Source of the DNA: Octopus vulgaris
Taxonomy: Eukaryota
NCBI GenBank assembly: GCA_951406725.2
Contig: OX597815.1
Coordinates: 26,164,001 to 26,228,000, forward strand
DNA: 64,000 bases
Direction: 5' to 3'
In this document: positions 39,907 to 55,189 of the stretch, piece after piece
Numbering within the stretch: the stretch's first letter is position 1
Layout: each line of letters opens with the position of its first letter
Position numbers and translations under genes: made by a program
The notes under the pieces: model-generated
Told to the model about the DNA's origin: nothing
The model's input: only the letters and a program-made list of their open reading frames with translations
Database searches by the model: none

Positions 39907-40270
39907 CATTTATGTAGTGGGTGATGGTTTCAGTCTGAATCAGATACTTTACGAATCTGCTTCTCAAACTAGCTTGTTTCAAATATTGAGAAATTTCAAA
40001 CATTACAGAAATTTCAACGCAGATATATTCAACACAACACACACACACACACACACACGCACACACACACACAACACACTCACACACACAACACACTCAC
40101 ACACACAACACACTCACACACACGCACACACATACACATACATATATATCCTCATTCATACACGCACATACGCGCACATACAAAAACATGTTGCACACTC
40201 AAATATATATATATATACACATGCAGTTATATACATAAATGTATGTGTCTATGTAGGTGTACATAGTATT

Positions 40271-40363
<93 letters not shown>

Positions 40364-40364
40364 G

Positions 40365-40440
<76 letters not shown>

Positions 40441-40788
40441 TGTATGTATATATATGTGTGTGTGTTTGTGTGTGTGTGTGTGTATATATCTTTAGGTATC
40501 GTGATGCAAACAGGAAAAATAGTATTCAAAATACAAGGATATGTATATTTTTATTGATATTTTGCAGAAGCAGTTGAGTGACTCCACGGCTGAGAGTTTT
40601 GTGCGTTTGCACTTATCATTTCTAATTTAAATGCTAACACACACGCGCACACACATACACACACATACATATATGCAAATGTACATACATTACATACACA
40701 TACATATGTATCTATTTATCTGCCTGTGTGTGTGCGTGTGTGTAGCTAATTTCTTCAGTCTGTATATTATAGATAGATAGATAGGTCT

Positions 40789-40852
<64 letters not shown>

Positions 40853-40863
40853 TTAGATAGATG

Positions 40864-40909
<46 letters not shown>

Positions 40910-41061
40910 TAAATAAATAAATAAATTATTCAATAGATAGATAGAATTCACGAAATATTTTATTGAATGACCTCAGGTAGCCAATAACAATGGACGTGCT
41001 TTACAACAGCGTCCTACAAGGTTTATACCTGAATATAATTATAACTATAATTTTAACTATA

Positions 41062-41368
41062 TACATGATAGACTCTCCCGTCGAATATGACGTATGAGCA
41101 TTCAGCGTTTTCCGAACGACCTACACAGAGGATTTATTTATAGTGATCAAATGTATGTACTGTACATTAGGTCATTCCCTCCATCAAATTGATGTTGTCT
41201 GGTGTCGAAATGATCGCAGGTGTCGATTTCAGGTGTCAAAATGATCGCAGAGCAACGTGAGATAATATTTTTTTCTCAGGAACACAACTCAGCATCCGGT
41301 GTAATAATTGAAACCACGATCTCGCAATTTTGTGGGTAACACCCTAGCTACTGGGCCATGCATCCGCA
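41062..41368 (-). mobile_element. SINE family D
   Basis: tRNA-like head; tail GTCGTTCGGAAAACGCTGAATGCTCATACGTCATATTCGACGGGAGAGT shared with 18977-19030. Confidence 0.75.
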
Positions 41369-41468
41369 CACGGACACGCACGCACGAACACACACACAGA
41401 CGCATACATACATACATAATACATACATACATACATACATACATACATACATACATACATGCATAATA

Positions 41469-41917
41469 TTGGGTTGTCCGAAAAGTTAGTGCCGATTTTT
41501 AAAGGAAAGAAAAAGGTCAATAAATACTTGCCATTACATTTTTAATCAACCAAATATGAACCATTTTGCTGCACAAATGCGTCCCTATCTTTCCTCTAAC
41601 TTGAAAGCACCCTCTTCCCAGAATTGAGGTGGTTTCATGGCAAATAATTCATCAAGGTATCTTTTTATGTCATCCAAGGAATTAAAATTTTTACCATTAA
41701 GACTATTCTGCAGAGACCTGAATAAGTGGAAATCCGAAGGAGCAACATCTGATGAATATGGTGGGTAGGGTAACACATCCCAGCCGAGCAGCAGCAATTT
41801 TTGTCTGGTTCCCAAAGCATCAAGTGTCGAAAATCAACTTTCTTATCTTCCATTTTAAAGGGTTACAGAATTAACACAGGTTATAAGAACATATAAGCCT
41901 TCTTCCGGACAACCCAA
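41469..41917 (-). mobile_element. Internally deleted mariner element with TIRs and TA TSD
   Basis: TA-TTGGGTTGTCCG...CGGACAACCCAA-TA; N-terminal MEDKKVDFRHLML joined to PPYSSDVAPSDFHLFRSLQNSL (YSPDLAPSD motif). Confidence 0.93.
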
Positions 41918-41994
41918 TACATACATACATACATACATACATACATACATACATACATACATACATACATACATACATACATACATACATACAT

Positions 41995-42550
41995 AAGAGA
42001 GTGTGGGGGTGTGCCGAACAACTTTTAATAAAGTAAGAAATCAGCGTAGAAACCTTGTGATAGTATGGCTTGACTCTAAGAAGGCATTCGACTCTAACCC
42101 TCATTCATGACTGTTGAAGTGCCTACACCTGCTAAAAGTACGCACCACCCTAATTGCTGCTATAGAGAGACTCACAAACGCGTGGACAATAGTTCCCACC
42201 CTTCCAACTGAGAACAGAATAATTGTTTCAGATAGTATAGGCATCTCAAAGGGAACATTCCAGGGAGATAGCCTTTCAGTACTTCTTTTCATTTTGGCAC
42301 TGAATTCATTACCGTTCCTACTGTAGAAAAGAAATAGTTGCATGTTAGGATCTTCAACTGCTAGAAATATCAATGTAACCCATAATTTCTTTGTAAATGA
42401 CCTCAAGACTTATGCTGAAAGCGTTAACAATGTCAAAAAACAACGGGAATTAATAACATTTCCATTTGATATAGGCATGGTGTTTGACCAAAAGAAATGT
42501 TCGTATTTGGATATAGAACGAGGAAAGTCAATTACACCCAAACTCATATA
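41995..42550 (+). mobile_element. R4/Dong-type LINE reverse transcriptase fragment (pseudogenised)
   Basis: [55 protein letters not shown]. Confidence 0.9.
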
Positions 42551-42639
42551 AATGTAAAAAAAATACAAACTGGGACAAGAACGCAAAACATTTAGAAGAC
42601 GATACAAAAAACACGGGCGGGACATAGAAATAGAACAAG

Positions 42640-42677
42640 TCTTTTATGTTTCGAGCCTACGCTCTTCGACAGAAAGA
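42640..42677 (-). ncRNA. Minimal variant hammerhead-like motif in a short dispersed repeat
   Basis: UCUUU CUGUCGAA GAGC-GUAG-GCUC GAAA CA UA AAAGA; sibling at 48878. Confidence 0.5.
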
Positions 42678-42731
42678 TACATAGAAAAAAACAAGGAGAG
42701 AAACAAGGAGAGAAAAAAATGCGTGTATGAG

Positions 42732-42791
<60 letters not shown>

Positions 42792-43839
42792 AATTAACTA
42801 AGTACAGCCAAGTCGGAGCTATAGTTTGTGCGTGTCTGCGCACGCGTTTGGACTTGAGTGTGGACAAGTGTGTGACTTTGAATGTATATGCGTGTACCTG
42901 TTCGCTTTTGTGTTTCTCTGCCAATCGCAGTTTTGCTGTTTGTGTTCTCATGATTTAATAGTTAATAACATATGAACTGATAGGATAAGAAGGAGCCTTT
43001 AAAGTAAGAAATAGGAGCCATTTGATTGACGAAAACCTTTTAAAACCGGTGACCTAAAATGGCTGCTATCCAATGAGAAAAACCAGTAAAAAGGCGTGTT
43101 TATATTTTGTTGACGTTGTTGATTTTTTTCATCTTGAACATTCATTTTCTGAAAGTATTCCAGCACTAACAGATGTTTTTAAAAGACAGTATATCTCAGA
43201 AGTGATTACAGAAATATTTTCCTTGATATTCCAGGAGGTTCAGTCGTCACATAGAAGCCACATTTATGAGCTGCTTTGCATCATAATATGGAACTACGTT
43301 TCTTTTGGAGGGTATGCCAAAGTGTATGCGTTGACGACTCAAGAGGTCGCTTATTCTGTCTGTTTCTCCCCGCCTCACTCTCAAGCTCTCTCTCTCTCTC
43401 TCTGTAATTAAGCGTCGTGCGTATTGGGAATATGAGCAACTTTCAATGTGTAATTCCTTCGATAACAGACTGCTCTCTCATCTTTATATGTATATTAGAA
43501 AATGGATCGAGTGGCGGTAAGGAACATAACGTGGAGAGTCACTGCTTTATGAAGCGTAACTTTTCCAAGTAGCGGCTTAAAGCAAGGATTATAAAAAAAT
43601 AGTCAAGCTAGACTTACTTACGATCAGGCGAATTTCTATTTTCCTCTTTTTTTCTTCCAGTCGCCAGGATGTCTGCCAACATATATGTGGGACACAGTAA
43701 AACCATACCTTCCTTTTAAGACTTGCCAGCCTGGCAGCATTCACGACTTTCAGGTTTCGTTTACATGTCATATGTTTTTGAGTGAAAGTATTTCACCATT
43801 TGACTCACTCACTCTCTCTCTATTTGTTTCTAGCTCTCT

Positions 43840-43915
<76 letters not shown>

Positions 43916-43932
43916 ATATATATATACATACA

Positions 43933-43968
<36 letters not shown>

Positions 43969-44026
43969 CATATATGTATATACATATACATTTATATGTG
44001 TGTGTATGTGTATACATATATGTATA

Positions 44027-44078
<52 letters not shown>

Positions 44079-44265
44079 TATACATATATATACATATATG
44101 TATACACATACACACACACACACATATATATATATGTATATACACACACAAATATATATACATATATATACACACACACACAGACACGCTCAGACATAAA
44201 TGCGATGCAAAAATATATAGTTATATGATATATATACTAATTCATATAAATTTATACACATTTAC

Positions 44266-44336
<71 letters not shown>

Positions 44337-44690
44337 CGGAGACAGACAGAGACGTATACATATGCACACGTTTAAATTAAAGACGAGATTGTGTTCGACT
44401 TTATTCTTTTATATGGGATATTCCCCATTGTTATTAGGATTTAAAAGTTTAATTGAAGTAGTAGCTGTTTCCTTTGTTTCATGTTGTTTCCGCTTACTCG
44501 ACTGGTGCTGCACCCTCCCGCTTCAAATGTTGCATCCAGGATATTCCGATCTATTAAGGGTTCGAGAATCGAGAAGGTGTGATCAGAACTACATAATTAT
44601 TTAAAGTAATTCGCTACGAAGTTGAAGTTAAAACCGCTTGCGAGTCACGACACTGTTCATGGCTATAAATGTATACGTAACGCGTGCGCG

Positions 44691-44774
<84 letters not shown>

Positions 44775-44885
44775 TCTCTCACTCTCACGCACACACACTC
44801 GCACAACCAGATAGAGAGACAGAGATACATGTAGGACTACATACATTCGTATATGTACACATCTCTGCATATATGTATGTGAGTG

Positions 44886-44966
<81 letters not shown>

Positions 44967-45129
44967 ATATATATATCTATCTATCTATCTATATCTATCT
45001 ATATATATATATGAGTGTGTGTGTGTGTAAAAAGAACCCCATTAAATTTGTGTGTGTGTGTATGTGTGTGTAATGTAATCGACTTATCCCTACTTCCAAA
45101 TTTTAGGCCTTGTGTCTATATTAGAAAGG

Positions 45130-45221
<92 letters not shown>

Positions 45222-45285
45222 AAGTTAATCCAAACATGAAAACACAAAGAGAAAACACAACGCAAGGACGTAGAACATATATATG

Positions 45286-45342
<57 letters not shown>

Positions 45343-45626
45343 TAGATTATATATATATGTATATGTATGTGGATATGCTACGAACATATAGATGTAAATA
45401 TATAAGTATATGTACACACGCAGATCAGATACACATATGTATGATGTATATATGTTTGCACGTGTGGGTGGGGACTGCTTATTTTGTCACTCTTTAAGCC
45501 TTTCGACCATTAATCTTTCTAAATATTCTGATTTATTTTTTTTCTGTTTCAATTCATTAATGCATAGCTTTAAACATTATTTTTATTTATTTTTTCTTTC
45601 TTTTTTTTTTTTTTTTTTTGAGACCG

Positions 45627-46072
45627 AGAGCTGCCAGAATCGTTAGCACGCCGGAAAAAATGCTCAACGGCATTTTGTCCGTATTTACGTTCTGAGTTCA
45701 AATTCCACTGAGGTTGACTTTGCCTTTCATCCTTTCGGGGTTGATAAATTAAGTGCCAGTGAAACACTGAGTGGAGGGGCTGATGTAATCGACTAGTCCC
45801 CTTCCTTAAATTTCAAGTCTTTGGACCTCTTGTAGAAATGATTATGCTTTTCCTTTTTTTTTTTTTTTTTTGCGGCAGAGCTGGCAGAATGTTTAGCGGC
45901 ATTTCGTCCATCTTTACGTTTTTGTTCAAATTCCACCGAGGTCGACTTTCTCTCATATCCTTTCGGGGTCGATAAAATAAGCACCAGTTGAGTACTGGAT
46001 CAATGAAATCGACATATCCCTATCTTCAAATGTTAGGCCTTGTGTCTCTATTAGAAAGGATTATTATTATTA
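45627..46072 (+). mobile_element. Two tandem SINE B copies with (ATT)n tails
   Basis: 45627-45845 and 45872-46072 match family B. Confidence 0.85.
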
Positions 46073-46143
46073 TTGAGTAGAGACTCCTTGTATCGATACA
46101 GACATTATGCTATGTGTGGTAATGAAGTTGGTACGCTTCACGT

Positions 46144-46660
46144 GAAGGTGAATGGCTCAGAGGTTAGAGCGTCGGGCTCACAGTCATGATGTAGCGAGTT
46201 CGATTCCTGGATCGGGCTGTGTGTGTTCTTGATCGGGCTGTGTGTGTTTCTGGTCGACCAGGTTTCTCATTTGTGAGGTCAAAGTTACCAGAACGAAATT
46301 TTGCAAACCAATTTGATACTGTCTACTGTGTAATAACATTAGAATGAAATACTCCATTAATATTCCGAGCTGTCTGCGATGTTGTACTTCCAAGAAAGAA
46401 CTCATATTTCAAAACTGTACGAATTTCCGACTTCCCATTTACTCAGCTGTGGAAATGAGTTGCGACATCACTGGAGCCAAGCTGTATTGTCCTTTGCCTT
46501 TCCCTTGGATAACATCGATGGTGTGGAGAAGGGAGGTTGGTATGCATGGGCGACTGCTGGTCCCCCATAAACAATCTTACCCGGACTTGTGCCTCGGAGG
46601 GGAACTTTCTAGATGCAATCCCATGGTCATTCATGACAGAAGTTGGTCTTTACCCTTTAC
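46144..46660 (+). mobile_element. tRNA-derived SINE family E interrupted by a mariner fragment
   Basis: Head with A/B boxes at 46144-46215; tail ending CTTTACCCTTTAC. Confidence 0.7.
46252..46430 (-). mobile_element. Mariner transposase N-terminal fragment
   Basis: TVSNWFAKFRSGNFDLTNEKPGRP (WF.RF..G...L.D.PRSGRP motif). Confidence 0.8.
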
Positions 46661-47638
46661 ACACCAGCTGTATATACTTTTACTATCAGTATGTGTAAAG
46701 CAGGCGATGAAATGAACTGATTATCTACATTAACACAGATTTTCGTGTAAGTTACGCAAGGTTTGTTACCAAAAGCGTGTGTCGAAAGAATATAATATAA
46801 TTTTTCCAAACTTCAGGGCTCTATAGAAATGGACTTATCTTTAGTTTCCGTTGCATTAAAAATATAAAGGATAAATATCCTTAGATGCTTTGTGAACTCG
46901 GCTATTGAGAGCTACTAATGCTCTCGTCATTGATACACACTGAACCAGCGAAAGAGTAAGCACTATCCACCTTTTGCCCAGTTGTCCAGTATCCAACTGA
47001 TTCAGCTATCCACGTTCTCAACACAGAATACTCTGAAGCTCTATTTTACATAAACAACAGAGCCAACCGGTTTCATAAATATTAGCTTCTGCTTCAGGTC
47101 GTCAACTTGCAGTAATTGCATATTTCCATGCTTATCTACAATTATTTATATGTGCACATCTTAGCAAAATACACAGACAGTTAAAATAGATTAAAGAAAA
47201 ACGACAGGGTCACGAATTTTCTTCTACACAAAAATAAATTTTTTTTTTTTTAATGAATATGGCATTATAAATCGCTGAGATTTACTAAGGCTAAAATAGC
47301 TATGAGAGGCTCTGAGTAAATATTACTGTATGGCTTCTATCATCAACTCTCTCCTCTAACAAATGGAACCAGCACTATGTAAAATTACATGAAAGGCTAA
47401 TAGTGACGTGAATAGTCAGTTACTAAATGTAAAGACTCGCTTTCTTTTACTGAAATTATGCCAAACTCTGCTCCACTCAACCACTCAAAATGTCAGTAAA
47501 AATAGCTTCAAAGCTTACATAAGTTCGAACTATACACTAGTTAATGTATATATTTATCATGACCACGTATGCGATGATATACATAATACCATATAAATGA
47601 TATTGTGTATATAATGTCACATATATAATGTCACATAA

Positions 47639-48011
47639 GCGCAGGAGTGGCTGTGTGGTAAGTAGCTTGCTAACCAACCACACGGTTGCGGGTTCAGTCC
47701 CACTGCGTGGCATCTTGGGCAAGTGTTTTCTGCTATAGGCCCGGGCCGACCAATGCCTTGTGAGTGGATTTGGTAGACGGAAACTGAAAGAAGCCTGTCG
47801 TATATATGTATATATATGTATATGTGTGTGTGTTTGTGTGTCTGTGTTTGTCCCCCTAGCATTGCTTGACAACCGATGCTGGTGTGTTTACGTCCCCGTC
47901 ACTTAGCGGTTCGGCAAAAAGAGACCGATAGAATAAGTACTAAAAGGTGGTGCTCCAGCATGGCCGCAGTCAAATGACTGAAACAAGTAAAAGAGTAAAA
48001 GAGTAAAGAGT
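47639..48011 (+). mobile_element. SINE A
   Basis: Matches family A with a small internal deletion. Confidence 0.9.
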
Positions 48012-48786
48012 ATATATGATATTGCGTATATAATGTCACGTATATGATATGGCGTATATAGCGACACATATATAATGTCATATAATGTCAAATACGTAAT
48101 ATCACATGTATAATATCACACATATGATACACATATGTCTCATATGATCAGCAAGCGAATGAGTGAGCTCTAAGTGGTCGTTCGATCTGCTCGAAGCAGT
48201 AGCTAAATTTCTCTCAAATAGCACAATATCCTCTTTAGAAAGAAAGGACAATGGATAATATACCCCTAGATACACTATGCTTAAATGAAAGGTTGGGTGG
48301 TCATAACTGAAATGCCTTTTCGAGAGTCTTGCTCGCTCAAAGCTGTTTGTATAAAACATCGAGTAAACTCATATTAGTAATGAGATAAACCCTGTAACAA
48401 AAGCAAAGCAATATATAAAACTGCTAATATTGTTGTCGTGGTTGATTATCCACGACGTAGTTCTAATCGAGTACACCTATATTTAGAGGCAGTCAAACCA
48501 TTGCTATCACGTCTCCCCAGCCGGTGTCACATTAGTCAGAAATGATATTTAACAATTGAAGTAGATGTCGTTTAAGCATAATGCATGCACTCACACACGC
48601 ATAGACATAGCTGCATAATTGAGAAATTCTGTAGTCTTCCATCATATGTAGTCATGATATAAAGTCTTCTAATATTTCAGATGTAGTGTTGTATATGTAG
48701 TATTGCATACATATTATTTCAAATGTGATATTGCATATGTCATCCTTTTCGTGTAGATATATGTTGCACATACGTATTTCAAAATA

Positions 48787-48990
48787 GGGAGTGTTTACGA
48801 AAAAAACAAAAGACGAAGACAGGTGATGTACAAAACAAACAGATGTATTAGTATAACGCTCAGGAATAAAAAAAAAAGTCTTTTACGTTTCGAGCCTACG
48901 CTCTTCTACAGAAAAGGACACAGAGAAAACAAGGAGAGAAACAAGGGGAGAAAAAATGTGTGTAGTGACTAACGATCTATCACGGCGACT
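48787..48990 (-). mobile_element. Short dispersed repeat carrying a minimal hammerhead-like motif (48878-48919); probable non-autonomous PLE derivative
   Basis: Shares about 85 bp with 42637-42725; motif CUGUAGAA GAGC-GUAG-GCUC GAAA CG UA. Confidence 0.55.
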
Positions 48991-49074
48991 GACCATGTAT
49001 TTCATAATATACGTGTTTCATATGTATTTTAAGTATAGTATTTCACAAATATTTTATGCCGTTCCTCATATTTA

Positions 49075-49108
<34 letters not shown>

Positions 49109-49210
49109 TAGTATGCAATATTATATATTTAGTCTTTTATATCTAGCTCTAGTCTTTTATAGGTGGTCATTTACATGTAGTATTTCACATTCAGCATTTT
49201 AGGTACTTTG

Positions 49211-49700
49211 GATGGGCTGTGAGTGCTGAGGACATGCGTAGGATTGAAAGAAATGAAGCTAGCATGATCCGCTGGATGTGTAATGTCAGTGTGCACACAC
49301 AACAGAATGTAAGCGCCCTGAGAGAAATGCTGGACATAAGAAGCATTGTATGTGGCGTGCAAGAGAGACATTTGCGCTGGTATGGTCATCTACTACGGGT
49401 GGGTGAAGAGAGATGTGTGAAGAAGTGCCACTCCCAAACAGTTAAAGGAATCCGGGTGTAGAGGTAGACCCAGGAAGACATGGAATGAGGTGGTCAAACA
49501 CGACTTTCGAACATTGGGCCCCTCACAGAGGCAATGACGAAAGACCGAGATCTCTGGAGATATGCTGTGACTGCGAAGACCCGACAAATAACGTGAACGT
49601 GAGTAACGTGAATCCATGGCTGTTTCCTGCACCAGCAAATAACGTGAATCCATGGCTGTTTCCCGTACCAGCTTCACATAGCGGTCCCAGCCCATCCAAA
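49211..49700 (+). mobile_element. RTE-clade LINE 3' fragment with short tandem duplication in the 3' UTR
   Basis: RNEASMIRWMC, RHLRWYGHLLR, RGRPRKTW, DRDLWR; TAACGTGAATCCATGGCTGTTTCC duplicated. Confidence 0.9.
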
Positions 49701-50547
49701 GTCTTTCTTATGTAATGTTTCACACGCAGTATTTGCAACGAAATATTTCATGTATAGTGCTTTATATGTAATCTTTCCAATATGTATTTTATATGCAGTG
49801 TTTTCCGTGTAGACTTTCTTATGTAATATTTCCTAAGTAATATGTAACACAGTCTTTCATATGTGTATTACATATGTAATTATAAATATGTAATATTTCA
49901 TATCGTGTATGTAATTCTATACATGTAACTTTTCATAAGTAACATTTCATACGTGTATTTGATATTTATGCAGCCTTTCATTATGCGTAGCGGTTAGAAA
50001 ATGTACGTGAAATACATAAGCGGTCTTCAGTCAGTGTAAAGAATTAATATAGCCAAATGGGAAGGTACGAGTCCTTTGTAGCTATGTATAAGAATGTAGG
50101 GGATTGTGTACGATGCGGTGTATGAGTACATATTTCTATGTTGAGTGTAAATATGTATAAGTATTTTGCGTATGTATGAGCGAGTAATTTGTATTTATAC
50201 TTCGGTATATACACTTATGTCTATGTATGTCTGCGAGCGCTTCGTGCGTGTATATGCATGTGCGTACGTGCACGTGTAATGTGTACATGTGTGCGTGCTC
50301 AGTATGTCTAAGGAATGTATTAAATAACAACAACAATAATAATAATAATTATATATATATATATATATATACAACAAAGGAAGCTAAAAGAGGAAAAGAA
50401 GAAAAAATTGGCGAAGTCAGGGACGGAGAAAAAGGAGTAGAAGAGATCTCACATCCATAAATATATATAAACAAACGTGTTTTAATCTGTGAGTGTATGT
50501 ATATGCTTATGTGTATGTATGTAGGATAAGGCTGGTGGGGGTGGAGG

Positions 50548-50619
50548 TTGATGATGATGATGATGACGATGATGTTGATGATGATGATGATGGTGATGGT
50601 GATGGTGATGGTGATGACA

Positions 50620-50661
<42 letters not shown>

Positions 50662-50668
50662 GTGATGG

Positions 50669-50723
<55 letters not shown>

Positions 50724-50828
50724 GGTGATGATGATGATGATGATGCTGATGATGATGCTGATGGTGATGGTGATGGTGATGATGATGATGACGTTAACGA
50801 AGATGGCGACGAGAACGATGATGAGGAA

Positions 50829-50876
<48 letters not shown>

Positions 50877-50910
50877 AAAAAGAAAGAAAGACAGAAAGAA
50901 AGAAAGAAGG
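50548..50910. repeat. (GAT/GGT)n and (GAAA)n microsatellites
   Basis: Direct reading; explains the poly-D/M/S ORFs. Confidence 0.95.
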
Positions 50911-51613
50911 ATAGCAAGAAAAAAAAACAGCCAAACAAATCTACAAATAAACTATAAAGAAAATATTTCGGTGGATTATGTCTTTCTAAGTTGGTTGATC
51001 TCCTTATATATTGTTTTACGGTTTACCTTTTAACCTAAAACCCTGTGAGGCAGAGGTAGGTGGCGCGCTTATTTTGTGCGGACCTTCACAGAAATAATAA
51101 CTTCCCTCTTGGTCAGTAAATCAAAATTTGGAGGAGCTATTTGCATTGACTTTTGTCGTGACACCGTTGCCTGTTTTACCTCCACCATAAAGAAACTCCG
51201 CGTGTATTGCCATTCCGTTTCTCCGAACGATAAAAGATATAAAGCAAGGAAAGGTCGTTATCCTAGGTGGACATGTGGAGATCGCACCAGTAAATTCGGG
51301 CCTACAAATTCTCTCTCCTTCCGTTAATTTATCTCTTACACTCACGAGAATACGCACAGGCGTGCATACGTATAGCTACATACATGCATGCATACATACA
51401 TACATACATACATACATACATACATACATACATACATACATGCATACATACATACGTACATACATACATACATACATACATACATACATACATACATACA
51501 TACATACATACATACATACATACATACATGTATGAATATGTCTTTGTAGATGTATGCACAATGGAGCAAGTTTACTGACTTATGTTCATATTACAAATTC
51601 CTATGTGTGTATA

Positions 51614-51726
<113 letters not shown>

Positions 51727-51733
51727 CATGAAC

Positions 51734-51767
<34 letters not shown>

Positions 51768-51790
51768 ATATATGTATATATATATGTATA

Positions 51791-51841
<51 letters not shown>

Positions 51842-51969
51842 GCACATAAACACGCACACACGCACAACACACACAGAAACACACGCACACACGCACACAT
51901 ACATACACATACATGTACGTACAGAAAGATAGTCACTACTCAGAACGTATTTACCTATACATATAGAAC

Positions 51970-52005
<36 letters not shown>

Positions 52006-52053
52006 TATATATGTGTGTGTGTATGTATGTATATATATATGTGTGTGTGTGTG

Positions 52054-52101
<48 letters not shown>

Positions 52102-52811
52102 CACATATATATATATATATATACACACATATATATATACACACACATATATATATACACCGACGTGCACACACATTCTACGCTCAGCATGCTTTGTCTC
52201 GTTTTCTATTTCCTTTTCTTCTGTACTCAGTATATTCTGGAAAATCTTTTCTATGCATATTATCAATAACAATTCCTGTTGCCTTCATAATAATAACCCC
52301 ACCTTAACATTTTTTTGGTCGACTTCATTGTCACCACGTATGCTGTTCATGATGCTGACGATGTTGCAGATGCTGCTGCTGCAGCCGCTGCTTTTGATGC
52401 TGCCGTTGACGAAGCTGAAGTGGCAGTGCTGCCGCGTACACTTTTTAAAAGCAGTTATGACATATTCAGCCAAGCCTGCAGTCATTTGTCTTCGTAGCAA
52501 AGAACCAGAGAAGGGATTTATTGAATATCCTGGTTATCATGTAAAGCCGACAGCTTGGAAATAGAAATCAGGAGTTTGATGTTGGATTTCTGAATCTATC
52601 CTCACTGATAATTGTTTTATTTATCTCTAACACTAAGCTCCGATTCGTATTATCAGATTTATTTGAGGGTGAGCATATGTTGGGATACATAAGTATGATT
52701 ACGGGCGAGCACCTACGGCCAGTAACTGTACACTTGCTTCATTAGTCGGGTGTCTCGATTCCATAAACCAGTTAGGAGCCCAAGCGTGCATTCATGATGA
52801 ATATATGTATG

Positions 52812-52876
<65 letters not shown>

Positions 52877-52917
52877 CATACATACATATATATATATATG
52901 TGTATGTGTGTGTATAC

Positions 52918-52958
<41 letters not shown>

Positions 52959-53099
52959 TATGTACATGTAAAAATGTATGTGCATATATGCATATAATAT
53001 GCAGCTATCTATCTACTTATCTTTCTATCTGTCTTTCTATCTATCTAATTATATTTCTGTCTCTCTCTGTCTCTCTCTGTCTCTCTCTGTCTCTCTCTG

Positions 53100-53171
<72 letters not shown>

Positions 53172-53338
53172 TATGTGTGTGTATGTGTGTGTGTGTGTGT
53201 ATCGAGACAGTTCGAAGAATTCAAGAATGTGTGAATTAATGTATGTGTGAGTACACCCACAGACGTACACACACACACGCACACACACATACATACACAC
53301 ACGTGCACACGCATAAGCATTATGCATGTATGTATATG

Positions 53339-53404
<66 letters not shown>

Positions 53405-54243
53405 CAAATTAGGAAAGCATGTGCGCATAATAAATGTATGTGTTATATAATATATATATATATGCATATATATATGCATACATATATACATGTATGTAAG
53501 TATATATATATATATATATGTATGCATATATATATATATATGCATGTATATATACATACATATATATATTTGTACATATATACATATATTTATATATATG
53601 TGTGTATATATATATATACACATACATACATACATACATACATACATACATACATACATACATACATACATACATGCATACATTCATACATATATGCATA
53701 TATGCATATACATATGTGTGTGTCCAGATAGGTATTGTATGTGGGTATGAAATTATAGTTATGCATACATTTGTTTAAGTAGGAAGGATTTATTAAATTC
53801 TTCGCAGAATTTGAGTAGGTCGCTGACATAGCGACGAGGCTGTTCGTTTGAGTCAAGAAAGTTCGAGGAATTTATGAATGTGTGAATTAGTGTTTGCATA
53901 AATGCATTTGTATGTGTGAATACACCGAAACACGCACACACGCCACCCACAAACTCACACACATACACACACACACACACATGCACACGCATAGATATAC
54001 GGACAAGCATATGCACACGTATACATATATATATAAATATTTCGTTTTTGGATTTGGTTTGCAAGATTCTTTATATGAGTTCGTGCGTTGAAGCATATTC
54101 TGTTGTGTCTGGGGAGAGTCATTTTCTTTTTGTGCCTTATTATGTAACACACACACACTGATAAAATTTCCACTTCTTTCTTATTTTTTATCGTCCCAAA
54201 ATTTTCGTTGCGTCTTGCAACCTTTTCAATAGTTTTGACTCTC

Positions 54244-54283
<40 letters not shown>

Positions 54284-54504
54284 ATGCATGTATGTATGTG
54301 TGCGTATGTATATAAATACATCTGTGTGTATGTGTGTGTGTGAGCATGTATGCACCACTTCACCTATATTCTTTTATTTTTTATTTTTTAATTTGCTGCA
54401 GTCATTTGACTGTGACCATGCTGGAGCACCGCCTTTAGTCTGTGTGTGTGTGTGTTTTGTGTATTTCTTGTAGGTGTGTGTGTGTGTGTATGTGTGTGTG
54501 TTTT

Positions 54505-54684
54505 AATTATCTCTTTGGGTACGGTACCGTCAGTTATTTTGCACCCGTTCTATTCCATCATATTTTTCATTTGTTTTTATTAATTTTTTATATTATTTCA
54601 CCCAAAAAATAGAAAATGTTGAAAAATGTGAAGGAACATAACGTGTGTTGAACTATAGGCTGTACCGTAGCTAAAGAGATGATT
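54505..54684. mobile_element. Small MITE-like element with 23-bp inverted termini
   Basis: AATTATCTCTTTGGGTACGGTAC vs GTACCGTAGCTAAAGAGATGATT (3 mismatches). Confidence 0.6.
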
Positions 54685-55189
54685 TAGGTATGCACACACA
54701 CACACACATATACACATACACACACGCACACACATATTTAGGGATCTAAAAATTATGGCCGCTCATAGAGTGGCCATTGCTTTCGCACTTATAAAGCGCT
54801 TAGCAATATAGGCGACACGTCAGACTTAAATGGCTGAAGGCAACTGCGGTTCATATAGTAAAACAAAACAAAAAACGGTAAAGCTACCTTCTCGATTCTT
54901 GCCGATTCATAAGGGCCTGCTTCCTGGCTTCGTCGTAGGATTACTCATTTTTGCCAGCTGATTGGAGCAACGTCAATGAAGAGTTTTGCTCAAGAACACA
55001 ATGCGGCGACTGGTTCAGAAATGGAAACAACAATCTTACGATCATGAGTCCAACACCCTGACCACTAAGCCAAACTGTGTTTATCTCCATTAATACCCAT
55101 CTCTCTCTGCCATTCTATCTCCCTCTCAATCCCTCTCTCTTAATACACACACGCACGCACATTTGTATGAGATATGCCTCCATTGGCTA

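Noticed and set aside
43235-43753. Plus-strand acceptor-like sites (also 57719, 57893)
   Set aside because: Weak donors or in-frame stops; polypyrimidine-AG is common in this AT-rich DNA.
52315-52564. Ala/Asp-rich ORF
   Set aside because: Degenerate (GCT/GAT)n repeat without splice or homology support.
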